Below the pieces are notes generated by a model. The model searched no databases. It was not told the DNA's origin and saw only the letters and a list, made by a program, of their open reading frames with translations. The translations under genes and the position numbers were made by a program. 64,000 nucleotides of DNA from Convolutriloba macropyga (Eukaryota), in NCBI RefSeq assembly GCF_964194025.1, contig NC_134481.1, positions 23,994,001 through 24,058,000 of the forward strand, given 5' to 3'. This document shows positions 36,201 through 50,584 of the stretch, in pieces (the stretch's first letter is position 1; every line of letters begins with the position of its first letter).

Positions 36201-37333
36201 TAACGTAATTCAGATTTACAAAAATAATAACTTTTTTCTTGAAGCCATTTTTATGAAATTATGCATAGAATTGAAAGGTCTCATTTTTCAAAGGACAATT
36301 AGAACTTATAGGTTTCCCTAAATTGATTGCGGAGAGGTTGAAGAAAAAATTAATTGTGATCTCATCATTATTCAGAGAAAGGTAAGTAGTCTATGTAAGA
36401 GACGTGCATCAATACTAGTGGCGGGGGTGCGCGTAGTGTAGAAAAACGTCCCCATAATTTTTAGTCAAAAATTTATTTGCTTAAGATTAGGACAACGCAG
36501 TTCATTCGAATTTATAGGATTTCTTATTTTCATGCTCTTTTAGGTGCTCATTGGAAAAAATTAAGTGTGAAGACAATTCACAAAAGTATTTTTGTACTAA
36601 GCATTCGTCAATTTTTTTGTTGAATCATTTAAATACAGTTTTGGTCACAGTATTGTTTAATGAAAAAGATTAAGTGGCAAAGACAGAAGTTCTATAATTT
36701 TTAAAGCGCTATATAAATAATAGTTTTCTAAAACGCACATTTCAAAAACGATCACAAGTTATTTTTAGTGTTAACGTACATCAAACTTTCAATCAGTTTT
36801 TTTTTTTGAATAAATATTAATCCCCAATGCACTTAATTTTCTTCTTTGTTTATTTTTTCTTCAATTTTCTTCTTCAATGCCCTTAATTTTCGTGTGGTTT
36901 TCTTCTTTGAATCTGTTTTTGGCTGTTATTGACCTCATATAATTATTTGCTGTTAAAGAACATTATTAGATTCGTAGCTGTTCAAGGAAAGTTCCGTTGA
37001 TGCAAGACTTGTTGTAGTCTATAATTTACCGGTGTTGATATTTTGACTGTGACGTTTTCGTAGTATGTATAAAAATATATTCGATGCGGATGGGAAGTTT
37101 TTTTCTATTTGTTACAATGGCTCTCGAACAACGTTTAGATCGATTATTGTGAACCTGTTTGTCTTCTTTTATACAAATTTTTCGCTTGACCGTTTTTTGT
37201 TTTTGTTCTAAAACATTCTGTGACTTCTTGAGTGACTTTTTCATACTTCAGTTCTTGATTTTTGAGGCATCGAAGTCGCTCGCGTCCTGAAATAAAATTC
37301 GTGTGAAAGCGATTGCGAGAGAAAAGGCATCCA

Positions 37334-37518
37334 AGGCTGTGTGGGTGAGTGACTATGATACCAGACTGCTAACATGGAGGGAACTGGTTCGAACCTCTGT
37401 GGGGTCGGATTTTTGCGCCTTTAAAACATTTCTTAGCTACACCCCCTCTAAATTAAATTGCACCCGCCTATCTTTCGATGGCAATTCATCCAACATCGGT
37501 CGGTTTATTTTTTTTTTT
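37334..37518 (+). mobile_element. tRNA-derived SINE, same family as 27769
   Basis: B box GGTTCGAACC, shared body sequence and a T-rich end. Confidence 0.65.
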
Positions 37519-38639
37519 CAAATTACATGTGGAACTAATACTTTTCGGGAAAATGTAAACAGGAAGATATTGATGGCTAGATGGCTATTCAGCTCCACTG
37601 AATAGAAATTTACAGCGATCCGAATAGAGTCATAGTTAGATGAATCTGGACTGGCAGTTAGAACTGTGGACGATACTGTTAAAACACAATGAAAAATCTC
37701 TGTTTGATTCTTGAACATTTGAAGGTTATTGGAAGAGAACATTAATCAAGAAGCTCTGAACAACGAGTTCTCTCAGCACAAATTGAGATTATCGATTGTA
37801 TTAGGCAAATCATTCCTCACAAACCTTCAATTCAGTTGCGAAAAATTTTTTTATAGGATTATCAGGTGAAGTTTGAGAGGCAGACGAGATCATTACTACT
37901 GCGTACTAGATGTATAGATGCTTATTTGTTCTAAGAAGCGTTGTAGAATAGTTTTTTAAACGGGTGTTCCGTAGACATTTCTGTTTTGAAGACTGGTTTT
38001 AACTATCCACACATAGTGCAAAATTTGTCACTAAATATATTGATAGGAGTTCCGTGTCCGATGGACCCATTGCAGTCAGCCGCTTGAATCAATCGATGTC
38101 AATTGTCCTGATAAAAGTTGGTAAAAACTTGATCAAAGCCGGGAGAACAGGAGATGTTCAATCAAATACTTGAAACAACAAAAACTTTCGAATCCACTGA
38201 GCGCGGAGATGTTGATCATGTACTCGCCCTGTGCTCTATAAATGTTGTCCTGTCACACAAACTTATTTCCCCGTCACGCGCAACTAAGTCGTTCAATGAA
38301 TTGTGTTATTTTCTTAAGAAAAGCTAGATTTTCCTATGTTCGGTCGCTCTAACTGTCTGGGCTAGTTAACTGACGACTAAGCTAGCTAATTAATAATTGA
38401 CGACAATAATGATACTTTTTTTCAAGTTTTTTTTTCGAGTCAGAACGGCGGAATTCGTTTTTGCCCGCGAAACACTTTTCAAGTATCTGACGCAAATTTT
38501 AAGGAAACAGTACAATATGAAAATGCCACATTTGGTACTTATTTGAACAGAAATTAGTGTAACGTCGATCTTTTTGATCCGACCCCACTTGTGGGGGGAG
38601 GAACTATATACTCAAATGGGTTTTTTTTGTTCAGTCAAT

Positions 38640-38790
38640 TTTGGCCGATCGATATATTCATCGTAGAGAATTGTGAGTGGTATCATTAAAAAGCTCGTCC
38701 AGCGTAGAATTGGAAACTAAAAAGATTTTTTTGAATTTCGTTTTTTTCGAGGATTTATCGGGGGTTGAAGTTTTGTGCGAACAACGGGAT
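38640..38790. repeat. Dispersed repeat fragment with an inverted partner at about 46940-47090
   Basis: gccgatc..tattcatcgta.ag..ttgtgagtggtatc is the reverse complement of gatgccactcacaaccctgtacgatgaatttatagatcggc. Confidence 0.6.
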
Positions 38791-39254
38791 ATTTGGCATG
38801 ATTTTGTTCACTTTTAGTACAATTTTTCTTCAAATTAAGACCTTTTAATAAAAATATTAATTCAAAATTCCATTTCACGCCACAAATTCAATCAATTTTC
38901 AGTTCCTAATAGACGAACGAAAGTCGATAAAAGACTAGTTCTGGTCTTAGAGGAAAGTGTACTATCAAAAAAATTCAAATTCTATTTGAGAGCTCTTTTC
39001 CTAGAAATTTAATATTTTTCTTTGTTTTCTCAAGTCACCTAGAGACTAGTCACTTTTCATATCAATTTCCCATTATGACAAACTGAATTACAGTTTTATG
39101 AAGCCCAATGAACAAAAAATTTGCTTTCAAAGAATCAATCGGGTTTTTTTTGGCTTCGACTCTGAGTTTTCGTAATTTTAAATGAATTTTTGATTTTCTA
39201 TTTGAGGTTTTACTAAACTTGTGGAGTCTTATGGCTTAAACCCGTTGTAAAAAA

Positions 39255-40640
39255 GTGCAATAGTTTCCGAAGTGAGCACTAAGTGAACCTATCTAGAGCT
39301 TTCACTGGACAGCTGATGGTTGTTAAGACTTAAAAACTGATTTTTCGCGAATTTTTTTTTTAACTTTAACATATCATTAAACTTATTTTCGTGAATTGTA
39401 AGTGAGTCTCAGTAATGACAGTACCCTCCTCCTTTCCACTGCAACCAAAACTAATCTGGCGGCTAAGGGTTTTATCTTCTAACTATTTGTTATATGACTT
39501 CAATGCAACAAAATTTCAAAATTTTTCAAAAAACTTTTGGATGTTTTCGTACTAATGGATCTTCTTGAAATCTTATCACATTATCCTGATATGTCCCATA
39601 ATGTGATATCTCCCATTGGCTTAGTGGACATTTTCAATGGATCATAGATAAAGTTTTCAGTGAAAGACTTATGGTTTAAATGGCTTCGACACTTTCTTGC
39701 ACTTTTCTGCTGATTATTTTGATTTTTGCCTGTATTATTTGTTGTTTCCATAGTCATAAGACTTATTGTGATGTATTATTGATACCCTATGTTTGACAAG
39801 TATTCTTGTCTTCCAATCAAGTCATAACTGAGCGTATTTATTGACTTCCGTTGAAAGCTATTGAATTTAATGACTGTTGAGACTTTAAAAATGATTTTTT
39901 TCGAGAAATTTATTTAACATCAACCGGTCTTAAGCATATTTTCGTGTACTGTATCTCAGTCTCAGTAATCACCGGATCCCTTTCCATTCTACTTGAACCA
40001 AAATTAACTTAGTTAGCCATTTTATATTCCAGCTACTGGTGTTATGACTTCGATGCACGAGTTTTCATAATTTTTTGAAAAATTTTTAGATTTATTTTTT
40101 TTTGTAATTTTGGTTGGTTCCTTTTAGAGTCCTAACCCATTATCCTAATATTGATAGTTGCATTGGTTTAAAGAAGACTTTCAATGGATCATGCATAAAT
40201 CTTTCACAGAGAAGCTTATGGTTTAAATGGCTTCGACACTTCTCACACTTTTCTACTTAATTTTTGGATTTTTGCCTGTTTTTGTTGTTGTTGTTTTCAT
40301 AGTCAATGACTTATCCTGAAGTCTTATTGATGACTTGCGAATGACAAACGTCTTTGTCATCTCACCTAGGAGTAACCTGGCGTATTTATTAGCTTCCTTT
40401 GAGAGCTATTGATTTTAATGGCGTTGCGACTACGGGTTTTCTCTAAAATTTCGTGGTTTTAATGTATTTGTTCAAGTTTGTTGTTTATTGGAGTCAAATT
40501 GTTAATTGAACAATCCCATAGTCGTTGAGAAATTAAATGAAAGTAGAAAAGTTTTTACCAAAAAGTTCATTTTTTAACGGCTTCGACATATCTCTCGCTG
40601 ATTTTAATTTGTTGTTTTTGCCTGTTTTTTTTATCATTCT
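39255..40640. repeat. Degenerate tandem duplication, period about 560 bp
   Basis: gacttt?aaaa..gatttttt, agtctcagtaat and cttatggtttaaatggcttcgacactt each recur; ggcttcgac also occurs at about 39152 and 40579. Confidence 0.7.
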
Positions 40641-42787
40641 TTAGGTAGCCATTAAATGCTGACCGGCGTCATAAGCTTGTAATTGACGATTGAATGAATG
40701 ATTCTACCCGAAGCAATCAGTTTATAGCGAATAGTCTTAAAGTTTAGGATACCAAACATTTTTCAGGATTGCAGATTTTTTCAGATTTCACATTTTTTCA
40801 GATGTTTCAGGATTTTTCATTTTTTTTCAGCCTGTTGTTCTTTTCGTCAACTTGTAACTCATTCTCATCATTGAGAAGTCCAGTAAAATTCCTTGTATTT
40901 TAAAAAATAGCAGATTTACTGATATCATGACGTTACTTATGTTTTGTTTGTTTGACAATATGCGTTTTCATAAAGTTATGTGAGTGGTGTATTTGTGTTT
41001 CTTTTTCTCTTCCTTTAGCACAATCGCGTAATAACAGATCCCAATGATTTTCAAATATGGCCCGATTGAACTTATTTCTTCATTCAGCATCTTTTTAGTT
41101 GAATTAGTACATATAGAAAAGACTTAATATTCAGATAATAGCTAATGATTTTAATGGCTTCACTAATTTGTGTTTTCGCAATGTTTGTAATTTGTTGTTC
41201 GTATTTTTTTGAGCTTTTCTACATCTTTAGTCAGTTCCTATGGCTTTGTCTAACCAAAGACAGGACCTATTGGTTTCATTCTGACTTTTTAACAAAATTA
41301 TCAAGAATTATTTTGCTAAAAGCTAATGATTTTTAATGATTTTGAATACTTTTGAAATTATTTGGTTTAACAAATGTTTATTGATTTTTTAAATTCGCAT
41401 CAATATTTCTTCTTTTTGTTGACTTGTTGCCGGTTCTCATTATGATAAATCCCATCTGCTGTTTGAGTTAGGAAAAAGAAAATCTGTGTCGCTAGGGTTT
41501 TGTCTGATTGTAATTTGACGTTGTTACTAAGTGTTTTTTAGATATTGAGTTTTGTTTTTGTTTTTGCTTTTTTGTTGTTGTTTTTTTCTCGTAGTCTTTT
41601 TAATGGCAGATCTCGTTGTAAAGATCACGTCGTTTGATTATCTCTTTGTCAAAAATGTTGGTCAAAAGACATTTTAGTCAAAAATATAGATGAGCGCGGG
41701 TCGGAACATCATGTGCGAACGCACATTAACGAGCCGCCTTGTTGATTTTCATTATAATGCTGTATTTTCTGCCATAGTATATTGCTTTAATTTGTTAAGA
41801 TCAATGTTTGGACTGAAATCGAACCTGAAATAGCCTATTCTTTCAGCTTTAAAATTCTGAAAAGAGAAATTTAATTTCTTAAGGGTGATAATTGATATAA
41901 GCGATTTGGTACGATGCTATTAAAGTATATGAGAATTGTTGGGTTCAGTTTGCACTTGTTAATAATTTTAGTCTTCTGCGATATCCTTTAACGCTATATT
42001 GTTGCCCGAGCAAACCATACACAAGAAATATCGAGCTGATTTTGTTGAAGAAAACTCCTTTCGACTGTTTGTTGAGATATCTGAGGAAAAGGAGTTCTGT
42101 TTTTGGTTTGACGAGAGGTGAAAAAGGCGATAGAACGTTGGATTTTTAAACGAGATATTTCCAGATCGGTTGCTCTAGATTCAGAGCAGAGCAAAATTAA
42201 ATGCAATGTTAAGTCAAGCTGGTGACCTACAAATTTTGATGTTCTATTTATTTCGGTACTCCCGTTAGCAAGAACAAACTTCTCTCTTAAATGAACTTGG
42301 TTGGCTGATTGAGAAATTTCCGAGAAATGAGAAACTTATGCACATGCATACAATTTCAAAGATTACCTGCAATTCATCTGTAGCTTTAGGTTCATTAGGG
42401 TGTATAAATGGTTATTTTGTACCTCCGGCAAAATGTTTCAACACATCGAAGCATAAGGAAATTTCTACAGTAATTGTAAAGTGTGTTGGATCAACAGTTT
42501 ATAATTTTTCATCTAAGTATCGTCATTTTCCAGATGACCTTCCCTTTAAGATGGATTTATTCGGGAATTGAAACTTTAAAAAATCACCAATTTTATAATG
42601 GAAGTGTTATCAGTTGCTTCCATACCCGGAAGTAAAAGTTTGATTGTTTGAAAAATGAATTTATCAATTTCGTAGTTGACTTGCGAGAAAGTTCAGGTAA
42701 GTTCAATAGAGTAAACAATAACAAACAAATCAAATATCAACTTATCGTAATCTTACTTAAATATCAATCGCCTCATATACAACTTAA

Positions 42788-44135
42788 ATGGCTCCGCTAG
42801 TTGGCTATTGGAATATACGTGGGATTGCCGAGCCAATTTATCTAATCATGGAGTACTTAAAAGTACCATACGAAAAGAAAATTTATGATGTCGAAACATT
42901 CAACGAATGGACAGAACTTGACAAAGATTGTCTAGGGTTAGATTTTCCCAACCTTCCCTATCTTATCGACGGGAACTTGAAGCTAACCCAAACTTTGCCG
43001 ATTATGAAATATATTGGACGGAAATATAAATTATTTGGACGTGGTTCTAACGAAGAGATGGCGAAAGAGGAAGAAATTGTGGAAAATATACGAGATATCC
43101 GAATGAAGTTTGCGTCGCTTTGTTATCGTGATGGGTTCGAAGCGAACAAGGTAGGAACAGTAATCCTGTATGCTGTATTATAAATAAGACAGTATTGCTG
43201 AAAAATGAGTGAGTCTGTCAAACAGATTTTGGCCGATTTCTGCCAAAAAAACCCTTTATCCTATAGGGGTTCAATTCCCAGCCTGGAAAAACGTTTTGGC
43301 ACAATTGTTAAAATGCAAGCGAAAGACCTTCATATTTAAGATGCACACAGTACTGGGGGGGGGGGGGGGGGGGGGGGTCAGTTCATTTAAATTGGCAAAT
43401 CTTCAGGGATACTGGAATTTATACCGTTTATTATCTTATAAGATGCTCAATGAAAAGGTTTTTTAAAATTTAAATGAATATTTATCATTTAGATTCAGCA
43501 AATTTGTTTTCAAATTTGAAAAGATGAAATAAACGCTTTCATCAAAAATGTCATTAAGAAATGGATTGGGGGATTGATGCACAAGGATGCACTGAGATTT
43601 GAACGACTGAATTTCTTCCATTTAAGGCCCCTGTCTAATTTACTAAACAGCATTTGCTACCTGGATATGTTCCTTTTCCCTCAACAATAACTTTGTTTTT
43701 GCAAGCTTTAAAAGACACGTTAATTAGTTTTTTTTAATTGATTATAGTCTTGAAAAGACTGATGTTTTTGGTCGGTTAGAAATTTACAAAAACGCAATGA
43801 ATCAAAAATTTCAAATAAGGAAAAGGAAACATTACTGCAAGGCGAAATATTTTACTGATGTGAACAAAATTTTACCCCACTTCGAGCTGAAACTAGCCAA
43901 TCACAAATGGTTAACTGGAGATAATATATTTATCGGCGACTTCTACTTGTGGTCAGTTCTAGACATGAACGAATGTCTTGAGGAAGGTTTTTTGTCTGGG
44001 TTTCCTAACTTGAAGTTGTTCAAAGAAAACGTGGAGAAGTTGCCCGCAATTGGCGCTTACTTGGAGAGTGAAAAGTTTCAGTGGTTTCCAATTAACGGGC
44101 CTACAGCCAAGTGGGGCTCGAAGGAGAATCAATGA
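42788..44135 (+). CDS. Mu-like GST 3, exons 42788-43150 and 43842-44135
   Basis: VGYWNIRGIAE...FEANK|gtagga...caag|AKYFTDVNK gives a gap-free alignment with GST1. The acceptor is atypical. Confidence 0.88.
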
Positions 44136-47100
44136 AACCTTCATTGGCTGATTAGGAACACTTTACACGAGTCATTCAATTGTGAGCAGTTTACCCGATT
44201 TGTTAAGGACTACAATTTTAATGGAATATTTTGTGCAGTGATATAAACAATTATGTTAGTTTGTGTTGCATTTGAACCAAATTTGATCTCATAAATCGCT
44301 CCAAGCCAACCTGAAAGTGTTAGACTATTTCCGAGCGTCTTAACGTCTTTACTGGCCCGTTCTATTTTGCCTTTTTGTTTACCTATGTACCTTTTAGCAA
44401 CTTCTGTACCATTGTAGTCTATTTTCCACTTTCAAACACTAATTTCTTTATGGCGTTAACAAAAGAAATGTCATATTTGATTGATTATAGCGTGCAGATA
44501 TCTTCCTTAGCAGACCTGATAAATGAATAAATTTAAGCCGTGTAATTTTGTCGACCCCTCTTCTTCAAAGACGTCTTAAAAACAATACCAATACTAAGAC
44601 GCTTTTTTGTTGTTCAGAAAACACCTCATGCAGTATTTTGAACTTCTGACACAATTGGAGAATAGATAGTACAAGGAGGCTTGGTAATACGGTTATGACA
44701 TAATATTCCGACCCCGCTCATCCACATTTTTCGAAATGTTCGAAAATAATGGTGTATCTATTTAAAAAATCGGTTCAAAATCTAGACTATTAAAGAAATA
44801 AAATAGTGACTCATTAGAAGGCGGATGATACCTGCCATTAGAGAGATTACAAACATTACAAGACATTACAAACAACCAAATCAAATAAAAGTAACAATCA
44901 TTAACTACTACCAAAACTCAATGTTCATCTTTTTTTTAAAAAAAAACTTATTTAGTCAAAGGAGCAACAGATAGAACCTGAATTAAACAAAAATAGCTAA
45001 CGTTTTACAACAAAAGTTATGGGAACTGTCTTTATTTAGATTGAATATCAATTAGACAAAAAGAAAAAAAGCAAATTAAAAAGTACGATGATATTTTTTT
45101 GAAAACAATTATTTTTGAGGTCATGAAAACAATTAGCTATCACCTGACATCATAAAATAGCTTCATTAATGCCTCGTTAGTAAGCCGTTGAGAGCTGTTT
45201 TTGTCCAGAATGTTATACGACTGCAAACAGTAAAAAATACAGAGTCAAAAAATTTTTACGAGAAAAAGGTATCGAAGCCGTAACATCGTAAAATATCTAC
45301 TAAACATTAGATGTAATCAATTGCGCCTACTCTTGTAGTCATAAATGTTTGATATATGACTTGTTAATGTGATATTTTGACAAGACAAGAGAAAAGCACC
45401 TCAAAAATGAAAATAGTTCAAAAAATACAAAAAAATGGCTTGAGAAAGTTTAAAATGCTCTGCACTTGAAAAAAGTTGCGACCCTCTCTGTTTGATGAGA
45501 CTATGCGTTAAGGTGACAGAAAATGTTGCGAAGTTCAAAAACTTTTAATTTCTTTTAAAGCAATTTCATAAAATTCAGATTTCATAAACTTGCAATTAAA
45601 TTGCAATTAATTTGATTAACTCGGAGCTGCGGAGGTAGCCATATGAACCCATTATTAGTAAGACAAGCTTAAGTACTGCAAGATAACGAATACAGGCTGA
45701 CCTCAAATCTTCACGATCATTTTACATGCAAACACAATCTAGAAATCAAAAAACTTTTAGCTATCAACTGAAACTATAATGTATGTACATCGATCGGCCT
45801 TTGTTTGTTCTGTCGGAAACTTAGCTTTTATTCAAAGTCATTCTGGTTTTCAGTTGTTATGAAAGTAAACAAAAAGGCAAAAGTTTTACTAAAAAGTTTA
45901 GCGCCCATTACAATCCGAAAATTTTTCGGAGAGTACAATTCCACGATTAGACTATTGCTGTTTTTGCTGTTCGCTCGATAAAACAAATACTTCAAAATAT
46001 TAAAGAATTAGCTTAATTGACAGAAATTCAAAATGTAAAAAAAATAACCTTGGATAATTCTCGAGTTATAATAGCGAAAAGCCAATAGGTGTCGAAGGAA
46101 TTATTGGATAGTTTCAATTATAGCTCCACGCATAGCGAATCTGAACTTTTATTAATTATACTCACTCATAAGACTAAGAATAACAAATGCTGGTAAAACT
46201 CCAAGAATTATTCAAAAATTTACCAAAGCTCTTTCTCGCGGCCTTAAAAAACCATGAACTTGACTCAGAAAACATAATAGTCATACGGGTGCCAAGTTGG
46301 AACAAAAGTGGGATCCTGGATTGATTGAACCTTTGCAGGAAAACAGACTTTTTGCAGCTGGGATGAAAAAAATCAAAAAGATAATTTGAAGGTCAGAAAG
46401 AAAATAAAGTCCGAATCTTCATTAATTGCCAAAATTAACGAACAGACTAAAACTGGCCTTGCTGTCGCCGCGCGGCTGTTCAAAAATGTAATTGTTCAAA
46501 TTATTCTAATAATTGTTTTGGCATACAAAATCTTAATGTATCAAAAATAAATGATGCTATTTTGATAAATATGGATTTAAATTAGCGAAAGGCCGCCAAA
46601 TTGTTTGTTCCCGAACTTTTTCCTCAGAAGCGGAGGTAAAATTGCGCTCATCTGAGTAAAAGAATGTCATATCAGTAAATTTTAACATTTTGGAACAATT
46701 CCGGTCAATTTGGACAAAGTGGGCTCAAGAAGCATATAAAGAAGCATATGTGAAAATTCCAGAAATTTCAAAATTTTAGCTAGAATTAAACCCAAATGTG
46801 TGGGTTTGAACAAAGCAGCGACTCCTTTTTGTTTCGAACTTACAAGCAGGGAGATTATCGATTAAATTTTTGACATTCGATCAAAATTCCATCAAAAATT
46901 ACCAAAAATGTGAACAAACATTTCTGGTGAGTCTAAGCTTCAACAAAACTTGAAACCTCCGAACTCCTCGAAATAAACAAAATTAAAAAAATTCTTTTCA
47001 AATTGATATTCTTCGGTTGACAAGCTTTCTAAGGATGCCACTCACAACCCTGTACGATGAATTTATAGATCGGCAAAAAAAATGAATTGGTTAAGCTTTT

Positions 47101-47944
47101 AGACATAAAATTCTGCAGTTGTCATCGTTAACAAATTTTTAGAACTTTGCTCAGGGAAAAGCCTATCGCTGCATTTTGAACTTTTGAAAGAGTTGGAGAA
47201 TAGTTAGTATTCTAACCTCGCATTACTTAGTGCAGGATTCGTTTAGTGCTCAGATATTTGCTCATTGAATTTTCTTGTTTGCCCAAAAAAGGATGATTTG
47301 CCGTCTTAGAATAAAATGCAAATCAATTGCTTTAAGTACTGCAAATGCTCCTAGTATTCCAAATGCAAATCAATTGCTTTAAAAACAAAAAAAGCTCATT
47401 AGGCTGTCAAAATGTAGATGGTTATAAAAGTCGTTATTTTTTGCGTAAGTTTATCGTGAAAATTTTTTGCTGTGATGAAAACCATAAATTGTTTTTTCGA
47501 TAACTTTTTTTATTGATCTGACTGATATAGCGTTTGTTCGCTATAATAAATGAGATGGAGCTCACGTTTTCGATGCTATTATAAAATTGAAGTTGTTAAA
47601 TAATATTGAGCCTAGTCTGCGCTAAATTATTTGTTTCTGTTTTGACAAATTAAAGGTTTCTGCTATGTTGTTTTAAAAAATTTTTTTTAAACAACAAAGC
47701 AGAAACTGTATATTTTTTACAGTTTGCTGATGCGGGTTGATTTTTGTCTATCATGGCTTTCCTCTTCTTAATTATTTGGAGTACATTTATAGTCCTCAAC
47801 CTGCCAAAAGTTTCTCAGGCGGAAGTTCGCAATGCTATAGGGTCAAAATTTAAATAGTTTTTCTTTGTATTTCTGAGCTTTTATTTTTGTGTCAATATGC
47901 AATTAGATTTAGGAACAGAAAAGAAGTCCTTCATTAAAATGAGT

Positions 47945-48431
47945 TTAACTCGATTCTTGCGTTGTATCTACTGAGATATCGGTTTCAGTATTGTCACGTG
48001 ATTTGTAACTTTTGGTAAAATTGCTGTCTGAGGTCAAAGTCTTCGTTGTTGAAAAGGTCACTCCTCGCTTTGCAGAATAAGATAATTGCTCCACATTCTT
48101 TGCGAATGATACTTGTTTCGTGTTCCGAATTGCACTTGGAACTGTTATTCGTAAATCCGGATCGACAATTCTGATGTCATTTGAAGCCGTAACTTCCAGA
48201 AGTTTTGGTTTGCATCCAAAAGGGGGTTTTTTCGGCAAGGTGTAATCGGGCTCAGGCACGTACAATTGTTGATTTAGTCGAACTTTGGGTTCGTTTTTCG
48301 TTTTGTTTGTGGATTTCTGATTGGAGTACATGTTTTCCCATGGGGATTGGAATTGATGTGGTCTCTGTTTGGGTGGGTAATTCTGCTTTAGTTTCCACAG
48401 TGCTATGTTGTGCTGAAGAGTCGCTTTGGAC
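47945..48431 (-). CDS. Probable terminal coding exon of an unidentified gene
   Basis: A 487-nt open frame after a tttag acceptor, in AT-rich DNA where long ORFs are rare. Hydrophilic, with a YVPEPDY motif. Upstream exons were not found. Confidence 0.4.
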
Positions 48432-50171
48432 CTAAATTAATCTCACGACTTCCAACATTTCCAAGAAAATGCTATGTTGTCTTTGTATTTTATCCCTCGG
48501 CATTTTAGAAAGATGAAAGATGTGTAATATTAAAGCTCTTTAAAAACTGATATTTCCATAATAAACCTTTTTTCGAAAATGTGAACACATGTACCTCCAA
48601 TATGGATCCCTCCCAAAGAAATAGAGACCAAAGAAATAAAAAAAAAATAGGTTTTAGAATGAATTATCTACCTTATTCTTTGATAGCAAAATTGAAATTT
48701 AATTAGGCTATTGGAATTATGGTCATTAATACAACAGATCAACAGTCCAACTGATCAAATATCAGCAGTCCATTTCATTTCTCCACATGCGAAGTAGGCA
48801 TTTGTTGTGATTTGTTCTCGTTTTCCCACTTTGGTCAGGTAAAAACAAAATCTTGTAATTGGAGGAATTAACATAATTTGAGTGGCTTTTCTGGATTCCC
48901 TCAACAACTGAGGTTCCCCCATTTCATCAGGAAAAAACTCAACTAAGTTTTCCTAACAACTGTTTCCTTTGAAACCATTGTAGGCAAAAATTATTTCGTT
49001 AAAGTAAATTTTAATTGAAAATTTACAACAGTGCAGATTTCCGAATAAGTACGTTTTTCGTATTTCACCGAGACTTCTCCCTCAATAAACTTTATATCAT
49101 CTAGAAATCAATTTAACAGATCATTCTTAGCACGAAAGCGCTGTAAATTTGAGAAAACAGATATCACTTTTTGTTGAAAAAGAGCAAAATTTTTAGAAAA
49201 TCCATTTTTTTTGGTTTGCACGGTTACTTTGATGGTATTTACGAATACATGGCTATGTTTAATCAGCTAATGAATGATATCGAGGAGAGAAAAAGTCCTC
49301 AGTTCAAAGAATATTCCGTTCCTGAATTTAAAAAATTGTTTTGGTCATCAAACATTTTGACATCAACATAATGCGAAAGCCCGAATAATGAGGCTTTTTT
49401 TCGGTTTTTCTGCTTGTTGTGAATTCAATCACTAATTTCTAAATTTTTATGTTCACGGTTTCTTTAGTTTTTTTAATACCCAATTTTTATCGACTTATTT
49501 TTTACTTATCCAATGCTGGCCTGAGTGCATTTTTGAAAGGGGATACCAGGTGAAAACTGAAATATCTTTTTAATTTAAGGATGGTGCTTTCTTGTCCTGA
49601 CAACGATTCGAGTTGGAGAGTTGTGAAAACTCCTATAAGCTACCCGATGATATTCGAGGTATAATAAGGGCATTTTTGTACGATAGGAGACAGCTTTGAT
49701 TGGTTGAATCTATTATCAATTCACTCAACATATGGATGCCTGTGACACCAACGGAAAAGACAACAACGCAGTTGAAGATGTAAATTGAGAGAATGATGTA
49801 GTGGTACTGTCAATGAACACTTGAATAGGTCAATTGTGGAATTATATTATATTTGAGTTAAAAAATTGACCAAAGCCTTCAATTTGAAGCACCGTGAACA
49901 ATGACAATTAATCACGCGGATGAATTTAAATATTTAGATGGCTAATTTTTAGCGCTAATTTGCGTTTTGGTCTAGATTCGTTTGTCTGATTCTGTGTTCT
50001 ATCTTTTTCACTATCGAGAAAATTTGGTAATTAGCGAAGCTGGAACTTAAGTTGACCATGCACACTAACAAGACTCACTACCGAGACTCATTTGGTTACT
50101 TGACTGTGATGACGTTACCTAGAAAATCTGGCATAGAGGTTTGAGATGTCAGTCGGAATATTGATGTAATG

Positions 50172-50584
50172 GTGGCGGTCAAGCAAGCCGATAGGCAAGC
50201 AAGCCGAATTTTGAAAATGAGGTCAAGTAAGCCGAAAAATTTTCGGATACCCGTATTTTAAGTTGCCACTGGCGGGCCGGTGGGCGCGCTTCGCGGCTTC
50301 GCCGCGATAACCGGCCCGCTATTTCCGGATTACATCCCACAGCGGATGAGAGGCATGGCCATGGACAGCGGTCTGCTGAGGCCCGTACCCACTAGATGTC
50401 TAAAAATTGACGCATTTTTGTTTCTTTGGTGCATTGGAATACATTATGCACTATAATACTACGCGCAGTATTGATTGTAACGGCTGACAATGTATTATTT
50501 CTGATAGATTACATAACTATTACATAACTTTCGGCTTGCTTTTCTGTCGGCTTGCTTGCCTATCGGCTTACTTTGCATTGCCCT
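50172..50584. mobile_element. MITE (possibly hAT-type) with AAGCCGA-repeat TIRs
   Basis: aagcaagccgataggcaagcaagccga ... tcggcttgcttgcctatcggcttactt. The direct repeat (TG)ATGTAATG(GT) is on both flanks, and the right end reads CAGGG on the minus strand. Confidence 0.8.

Noticed and set aside
48780-48900. Paralogous coding exon shared with about 53100-53215
   Set aside because: DNA similarity is real but short, and reading frames are not conserved. It is probably a repeat fragment.
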